Below are positions 55,921 through 64,000 of a stretch of DNA of 64,000 nt, in pieces. The stretch's first letter is position 1. Each line of letters opens with the position of its first letter. This DNA is from the human T2T-CHM13v2.0 reference genome, Homo sapiens. Under the pieces are notes generated by a model. The model was not told the DNA's origin and did not search any database. It was given only the letters and a program-made list of their open reading frames with translations. The translations under genes and the position numbers were made by a program. Location: assembly GCF_009914755.1 (NCBI RefSeq), contig NC_060929.1; one strand, written 5' to 3'.

Positions 55921-56710
55921 CATAAGCCATACAGCCAGCAAGTCCACTCTTGAGGAGATAGCCAAGGGAAAAGTGCCTATGTCCACAAAAAGACATGCAT
56001 AGGAATGTTCATAGCATTGCTATTCATAAAATCCAACAACTGGACACAACCCAAATGTCCTTTAACAGTAGAGTAGGTAAATTGAGCAATACTACAGAAC
56101 CATGGAAAACAGCAAGCTACTGCTATACATGATGATATGGAGGAATCTCAGATAAAATCTTGAGAAAAGGATGCCAGACTCAAAATAGCATATGCTGTAT
56201 AATTCCATGAATGTGAAGTTCAAGAACAGATAAAACTGATTCAGGTGACAGCAGAAAGAATAGTGGTTACCTTGAAAGGTAGAGATGTATATCAATTGGA
56301 AGGGGACATGAATGGAAATGTATGTCAAAATTCATTCAACTGTGCTATTAAGATTAGGGAGCTTGGCCGGGTGCAGTGTCACGCCTGTAATCCCAGCAAT
56401 TTGGGAGGTCGAGGTGGGCAGATCACTTGAGCTCAGGAGTTTGAGATGAGCCTGGGCAACATAGTGAGACCCTGCCTCTACTAAAAATACAAAAAATTAG
56501 CTGGGCATGGTGGTGTATGCCTGTGGTCCCAGCTATTCAAGAGGCCGAGGAGGGAGCATCGCTTGAGCCTGGAGGATGGAGGTTTGCAGTGAGCCAAGAT
56601 TGCGCCACTGCACTCCACCCTGGGTGACAGAGCAAGACCCTATCTCAAAAAAAAAAAAAAAAAAATAGTGTGCTCTACTGTATATCATACCAAAGTTTTT
56701 TAAAAAGAAG
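55921..56710 (+). mobile_element. Old L1M 3' fragment
   Basis: cagcaagtccactcttgagg...gaatgttcatagc...caacccaaatgtcc...; split by an Alu. Confidence 0.75.
56365..56665 (+). mobile_element. Alu (J/old S) inside L1M
   Basis: Full dimer with A tail. Confidence 0.93.
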
Positions 56711-57397
56711 AAATTATTGTTAAAGCAAGCACAATCGTATTTGAATGAACTGTAAAATTCATTCAAACACGGTTGTGCTCACTTTAACAATAATTTCCTC
56801 TTAAATGTTCAAGTAAAATGGACTCTCCTGGACTACAGGTCTTGCTTCTCCAGTGAATTTCAGTCCCCATATCCCTTCTCCTCAATCCTCACCTCCCTGG
56901 GGAGGCATACTTCCTAGTTTGAGAAGCTTTCCTGTCACTTAAATTTGAACCATCTCCACAAACACCTAAAGCTGAGAGTCACAAACTAATGGTCCATGAA
57001 CCATAATCGACCTCCTATTTGACTCACTCTATTTTTTTTAATTGAAAAAAAAATTATTCATTGCCAACATTTTAAATTTGAGAGTTTTCACACAAAAATC
57101 TGGGCTTCTTTTGAAATGTTGGATAATCCATAAAATGGGCATCTTGGCAGCAAAGGGCTGGACTCAGATGCTGCTGACTTTAGATGGAACCCAGGCATTC
57201 AGATCCCCACCCAGCCTGCCTCACTCACCCCCTTGACCTGCCCGGCCCCTGTTAGTGGGTGAGTGTGTGAGCCCACTAGCTCACATCTGACTCAAACCTT
57301 CCCTGCTCCCCTAACCAAATTCCTCCCTGATCTCTGTCCCTCCTCCAGAAAGCCTCCCAGGTAGGACCCCCTCAACGCTATTCTTTCCCTTCTACCT

Positions 57398-57702
57398 CAG
57401 AGGTCAGCAAACTGTGCCCCTGTGGCCAAATCCAGCCAGCCACCCGTTTTGTACAGAACCGTGAGCTAAGAAAGGATTTACATTTCTCCATGGTTGAAAA
57501 AAAGTCAAAACAAGTATAATATTTTGGGATACGTGAAAATGATATGAAATTTACATTTCGGTGTGCATAAATGAGGCTCTATTGGCACACATTCGGATAT
57601 GGATTTATTTATTGTCTATGGCCACAGAGGAGTCTCAACTGAGAGAGTCAAGCCTGAAATATTCGACATCTGGCTCATTAAAGAAAAGATGTGCTGACCT
57701 CC
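57398..57702. mobile_element. MER58B
   Basis: cagaggtcagcaaact...ggccaaatccagcc...gctgacctc termini. Confidence 0.75.
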
Positions 57703-58279
57703 GCTCTAATTCCCCCCATCCCTTATTCCACAGGATTATTTTTATGTTACCTTTATGCACTTTCCTGTTTGGATAATACAATAATTTGCCCTATCTTTTG
57801 CTCTTTAATGACATTGTGTCACAGGCCACCTGTGCACCGCTGCCTCCATGGTGTCACCTGTGGTGTGGCAGAGTGTTCTCTGCCTTGGAGATTGGGAGTG
57901 GGAGGCAGGGGTGGCAAGAAGAGCCTGAACTCTGGAAATGGGTATGGAAGTCAGATGAAAGATTCTGATTTAGTGTCCAAGTGTAAATGCCAAAGGAGGC
58001 AAACACTTGAACACCTGCTTCCTCTTTTAATGTCCCTGCTTTCAGGAACCTTAGGACCCTAAATCACTAGACTTGGAAGAAACTCCAGAGAGTCTTTGAT
58101 TCATCCATTCACTCACTCCTCCAACATACCCTTAGCTTCCCTGTGTGTCCAGCACTGTGCTAGGCTAGGCTGGGGTGTAGGACATAGTCTCTACCCCCAA
58201 GGAACATATAGCTTAATGGGTAAGACAAATATCTAAAAGAGAGAATTATATTTCAATGTGAAAATCATCTTAAGGAGCT

Positions 58280-58435
58280 CTGAGCACACAGCTGAAAGAG
58301 ATAACTAATTCTAATGAGAACTGAGCACACAGCTGAAAGAGATGCTAACGCTAAGGCGATCTGAGCACACAGCTGAAAGAGATGCTAACTCTAATGAGAT
58401 CTGAGCACACAGCTGAAAGAGATGCTAACTCTAAG
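58280..58435 (+). repeat. 40-bp minisatellite, about 3.9 copies
   Basis: Unit ctgagcacacagctgaaagagatgctaactctaatgagat starting at 58280, 58321, 58361 and 58401. Confidence 0.95.
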
Positions 58436-59885
58436 CCTTTCATCTTGTAATTGAAGAAAAGAAAATGAGGTTAACCAGAGAGGGTGAGAAACTTGCCCAA
58501 GGTCACACTGCAAGTTAGTGACAGATCTGGAACTAGATTCCTTTCCCAATTCCCATTTCTTTGCAGTTTACCTTCTCATTCCTTCCATCACTCACTTGTT
58601 CAACAAATATTACCTAGCCCCTACCCGATGCCAAGCACTGCTCTGGTGCTGGCCATTGAGTCATGAGCAAGACAGACATGCTTCTCACTACCAGAGCTTC
58701 TGCTGGGGAGGGGGCGAAGAGGAAGATGAAAAACGTACACATCAGCAAATACATCAATCAGATGATTTTAGAGAGCTATATGCTCTAAAGAAATTAATGC
58801 AGAGAAAGGGCTAGAGAGGCTTGGAGACAGGTCTAGTGTGGTGGTCAGGGAAGGCCACTCCAAACAGGTGACCCTGGAGGGGACCTGGAGGGATAAGGAG
58901 CCAGCCTTGAAGATCAGCAAGGAAACATTCCAGACAGGAGAGCCTTGTTCTGTGCTACCTCCAAGACCCAACCTCTTACTCCACCCTGGGGCAAAGAGAT
59001 TTGCAAACTGGTAGATAGCTTGACAATATTTATCTTTTTGGGTTTTGCCTTGGTTTTTGCTTGTTTTGTGTCCATCTGCTATACTAATGGAGGCTCTGGA
59101 GAGGAGGCAAAAAGAGAAAGTTCATGTTCACACTTTATCCCCTTTGCCTGGTAGGGACTGCTAACTTGAAGGGGAGAGTGGTGGGAGGAAATTCTGGTGA
59201 AGATTTGGAAAGTAAGTGGGTTTATCCCTAAGTACACAACTGACAGTAAATGAGACTCTGCAAGATACCAGTTGGTTACCACAAAGTACCAAAGCCTCCC
59301 CATAACCCCCCATAATTGCTCCACTTAATTCATTAAAGGATTATCCCTGAGACTGGGAGAAGGGAGGGAGCAGAATCTGGGAGTTCTGGCAGCAGCACAA
59401 TCTCCTGTGAGGCAGCAGGGAGACCTGGGGACCCCAACTGTGGCAGAAACAACCGAGTCAGGACTCAGGGAGCAAGAGTTCTAGTCCTGTCTCTGCCTCT
59501 GACTGACTGTGTGACCTTAAGCAGTATATTTCCCTCTCTTCAATGAATGAAGGAGAATGGGCTAAGAACAGTGATTTCAAACTATGTTTCAAGAAGCCCT
59601 AGAGTCCCAAAGAAGGGTGTCCATTTGTTCGTTTGTTTGTTTGTTTTTGATGGTGCCTTGAAGGAAGGGGCAGCAGAAGATAGACAGGACAGATAGAACT
59701 GGGGCCCCAACTCTTTTCAACCAGAAGGACCCTACCTGAATCTGTTTCATGCTCTGGGCTTCCTCACAAGGAGGTAATACATAGAGTGATAATGAAAATA
59801 AACACTGAGCCCTCACACGTTGTTGGGTGAATTACATGCAATAACACAGCTTAATGCAATAATTCTACATAGTATTTGTGACTCC

Positions 59886-60024
59886 ACTTTATTTATTTTT
59901 TGTTTTCTGAGATGGGATCTTGCTAAGTTTCCCAGGCTGGTCTTGAACACCTGGGCTCAAGTGATCCTCCCACCTCGGCCTCCCACAGTGCTGGGATTAC
60001 AGGTGTGAGGAACTGCACCCAGCC
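59886..60024 (-). mobile_element. FLAM-type Alu monomer
   Basis: Single left-arm-like unit. Confidence 0.8.
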
Positions 60025-60445
60025 TGTATCTCCACTTTAAAAATGAGGAAACCAAGGCTCTAAGCAGTTAAATAACTTGTCTAGAGTCAGAACTAGGGTG
60101 CAAACGCTTGCAGTCAAGCTCCAAATCTTCACTTTTAACCATTCTTTGATTAAGAGTACTGATGTTTTATATGACACTGACAGTCTCTTGAGGGCCCTGC
60201 TGCTTACTAACACTGTGATCTTGAGTGCCTTGAGAGTTATTGAAGGACGCAATGCACACGAGATGCTGAGCATAGTACTTGGCTCACGGTAAAGGCTCAA
60301 CAATCATTAGCTATTATTATGATATGATTATTAGTATTTTAATTTCATGTGAAGACTGATTCTACGTAGTCCTACAATGTGTTGGGGAAAGACTGGAGTA
60401 GATGATCCCTAAAGATCTTCCAGCCCCAGCTGAACATGGCAAGCT

Positions 60446-60550
60446 GGACATGGTGGCTGAGGCAGGAGGATTTCTTGAGCCCAGGAGTTTGAGGCCAGAC
60501 AGGGCAACATAGCGAGACCCTTTCTCAAGAACAAAACAAACAAACAAAAA
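60446..60550 (+). mobile_element. FLAM-type Alu monomer, internally deleted
   Basis: gctgaggcaggaggatttcttgagcccaggagtttgagg...(CAAA)n tail. Confidence 0.75.
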
Positions 60551-60992
60551 GGAGCATATATTTGGGGCAACTTGAATCTGTCTCTTAGGGAAAGAAAAAG
60601 AGAAAAAAAAGTGGCAGGGCTGGGACTCATTGAAGACCTTGGGACATCAGAGCCCTGCATTCTTAACCAATCTACTGTCTGTCCTAGGGCCCACTTTTAT
60701 GTTTAACAGCTTTATTGAGATATAATTTACATGCCATAAAATCTATCCATTTAAAGTATGCTAGTCAATGGTTTTTACTTTACCTACAGAGTCATGCAAC
60801 CATCTCTGTAATCTAATTTTAGGACATTTTCCCACCCCAAAAAGAAACCTCATACCCATTATCAGCCACTCCCCAGTCCCCATTCCTCACTTCCAGCCCT
60901 AGGCAACTACTAATCTACTTTCTATCTCTATAGATTTGCCTATTCTGGACACTTCACATAAATGGAATCATACTACGTCTGTTCTTTTGTGA

Positions 60993-61379
<387 letters not shown>

Positions 61380-62081
61380 TAAATAAAATGTCATGGTGTG
61401 GGTATATCCCATTTTGTTTATGCATTCATCAGATGATGGACATTTGGGTTTTTGCTACTTTTTAGCTATTAGGAATAACACGGTTAATAACATTTGTGTG
61501 TCAGTTTTTCTTTTTTTGTGGATCTATGTTTTTATTTGTCTTGGGTAGATATGCAGGAGTAGAATGGCTGGGTCATATCATAACTCTATCTTTAAACTTT
61601 TGAAGAACTGCCAAACTGTTTCCCAAGTGGCTGTACCATTTTATGTTCCCACCAGCAGTGTATGAGAGTTCCAGTTTCTCTCTGTGCTTGTCAACACTTG
61701 TTATTATCTGTCCTTTTTATCATAGCCATTCTTGTGGATGTGAGGTGATGTCTCCCTTTGTATTTCTCTAATGACTAAGGATGTTGAGTATTTTTTCATG
61801 TATTTATTAGTCATTTGTAATATTTGCAGAAATACATGTTTAAATCATTTGCCTATTTTCTTAAGTATGTTGTCTGTATATTGTTGAGTTTTAAGAGTCC
61901 TTTATATATTCTGGATACAAGTCCCTTATCAGATATACAATTGGCAGATATTTTCTCCCATTCTGCAGGTTGTTCCTTTCACTTGCTTGATGGTGTCATT
62001 TGAAATACAAAAGCTTTTCATTTTGGTGATGCCCAATTTGTCCATTTCTTTTATTCCTTATGCTTTAGATATCATATGTTA

Positions 62082-62428
<347 letters not shown>

Positions 62429-63429
62429 TTAGGTCTCTGACTTATTTTTTAGCTAATTTTTGTGAATGGAGTGATATAGGGGTCCAAATTCATTCCTTCA
62501 TAGCTGCATATAGAATTGTCCCAGCTCTGTTTATTAAGAAGACTATTTTCCCCCATTGAATTGTCTTGGCATCCTTGTCAAAATCAATTGACCATAAATA
62601 TAAGGGTCTATTTCTGAAGTCTCAATTGTATCCCAGTGACCCATATGCCTATCCTTATGTCAGTATCACACTGTCTAGATTACTGTAGCTTTGCAGTAAG
62701 TTTTAAAGTCGGGAAGTCCACGTTCTCCAACTTTGTCCTGCTCTTTCAAGATTGTTTTGGCTTTTCTGAGTCCTTTGTATTTTCAAGTAAATTTTTAATT
62801 AGTTTGTCAAATTCTGCAAAAAAAAAAGTGTCTCATTTTTGAAAGTGTTTCTTCTCATAAAATAAAGTGATAGAAGATGATAATGATTTTTTTTTTTTTT
62901 TTTAAAGATCTTGCTTGGCAAAGAAAAAAGAAGCAAAAGCAATGCTGTATTGCCCCCTCCCCATTGTGGGGAATAGTATCAATCTGTGAAATCCAAAAGT
63001 GAATTAGAACGTCCTGGTGAATGGGTCAGATTTTGAGGTGGGGCAGAAAGGTGCACTGCTGAGGAGGAGGAAGGTGGAAGGCAGAGATGGTTTCAAGTGG
63101 GGCTTTGAGGGGCCCACCTGGGCCCACACTGTAATAGACACACGTCAGAGTGTCCAAAGGATGGTGTGATGGGATGAGAAAGACCCTATTTACATGAAAG
63201 ACCCAGGAGACTCCTAGGAAAGAAATCACCCTCAGCAATGGGAACTAGAGCTCAGCTCTGAGACAGGGAAAGGAGTAAGTTGGGGTGCAGTCCAGTGTCT
63301 GATGCTTAGCTGTAGCTAATATTGACAAAGTGCTTGCCCTGAACTAAGCATTTTACTGGCAGTATCTCATTTAATGCTCACCATAATTTTATGAGTTTAC
63401 ATTGTAATTGCTTGTTTAATTGCCTAACG

Positions 63430-63935
63430 CAGCACTGTCCAATAGAAAAAGCATGTGAGCTGCATACATGAGTTTACATTTCCAGGAGCCACATTTAAAA
63501 AGCAAAAAGAAACAGGTGAAATTCATTTTGGTAATATATTTCTATCTAACCAATATGTTCACAATGTTATCATTTCAACATGTAATCAATATTTAAACAT
63601 TTCTGTAAGATATTTTTCATTCATTTTTTTCTTGCAATGTCTTCAGAATCCACTATGTTTTCAGATACTTCTAGCATATCTTGCTTCAAATGCTAAATTT
63701 TTGTCGGTGATATTTGACTTGTATTTAGATTTCATGAAATTTATAGTTGAAAAAGTAGTTTCACCTTCCCAAGTTATGTCAAGCATACTTAAAAGTGAAC
63801 CGAGTTTTTAAATTTTTAAATTTAAATTTAGATTAGTTAAAATTAAGTGAAATTCAAAATTCAGTTCCTTAGTCATACTAGCCAGATTTCAAATGCTCAA
63901 TGGCCACGGGTGGTCAGTGGCTATGGTGTTGGACA
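63430..63935. mobile_element. MER33/Charlie5-type hAT element
   Basis: cagcactgtccaataga...ttcaaatgctcaatggccac...gtggcta...ttggaca. Confidence 0.7.
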
Positions 63936-64000
63936 TGCAAGCCAACAATCCCATTACATCGTGTCATGAGAGCTGTGGTCATGTCAACTTGACCACTGAA

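Noticed and set aside
58280-58435. Regularly spaced direct repeats resembling a CRISPR array
   Set aside because: Units are contiguous with no unique spacers, there are no cas genes, and the context is human; it is a minisatellite.

Overview
Human (primate, Alu-rich) genomic DNA holding the 5' part of FAT2 (FAT atypical cadherin 2 / protocadherin Fat 2) on the minus strand. Eight coding exons can be placed at GT-AG boundaries with consistent phases (4789 coding nt, codons 1-1596, about 14 cadherin repeats); the gene continues off the left edge. A candidate non-coding first exon lies at about 44157-44323 and a possible alternative one at about 47729-47810. The rest is intron and upstream DNA filled with Alu, L1M, L2, MIR, MaLR LTR and DNA-transposon relics. 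Main leads: (1) the 3279-nt first coding exon would form a stop-free, infinite-ORF circle if back-spliced; (2) a sense THE1B LTR 220 bp upstream of that exon has an intact DUX4 motif and splice donors that could supply an alternative first exon; (3) an intronic poly(A) signal after that exon predicts a secreted 1112-aa isoform; (4) several old locally templated insertions; (5) five missense differences from the FAT2 reference as I recall it. No prokaryote-type system (CRISPR etc.) is present. Repeat subfamily names come from remembered consensus sequences, not from a RepeatMasker run.
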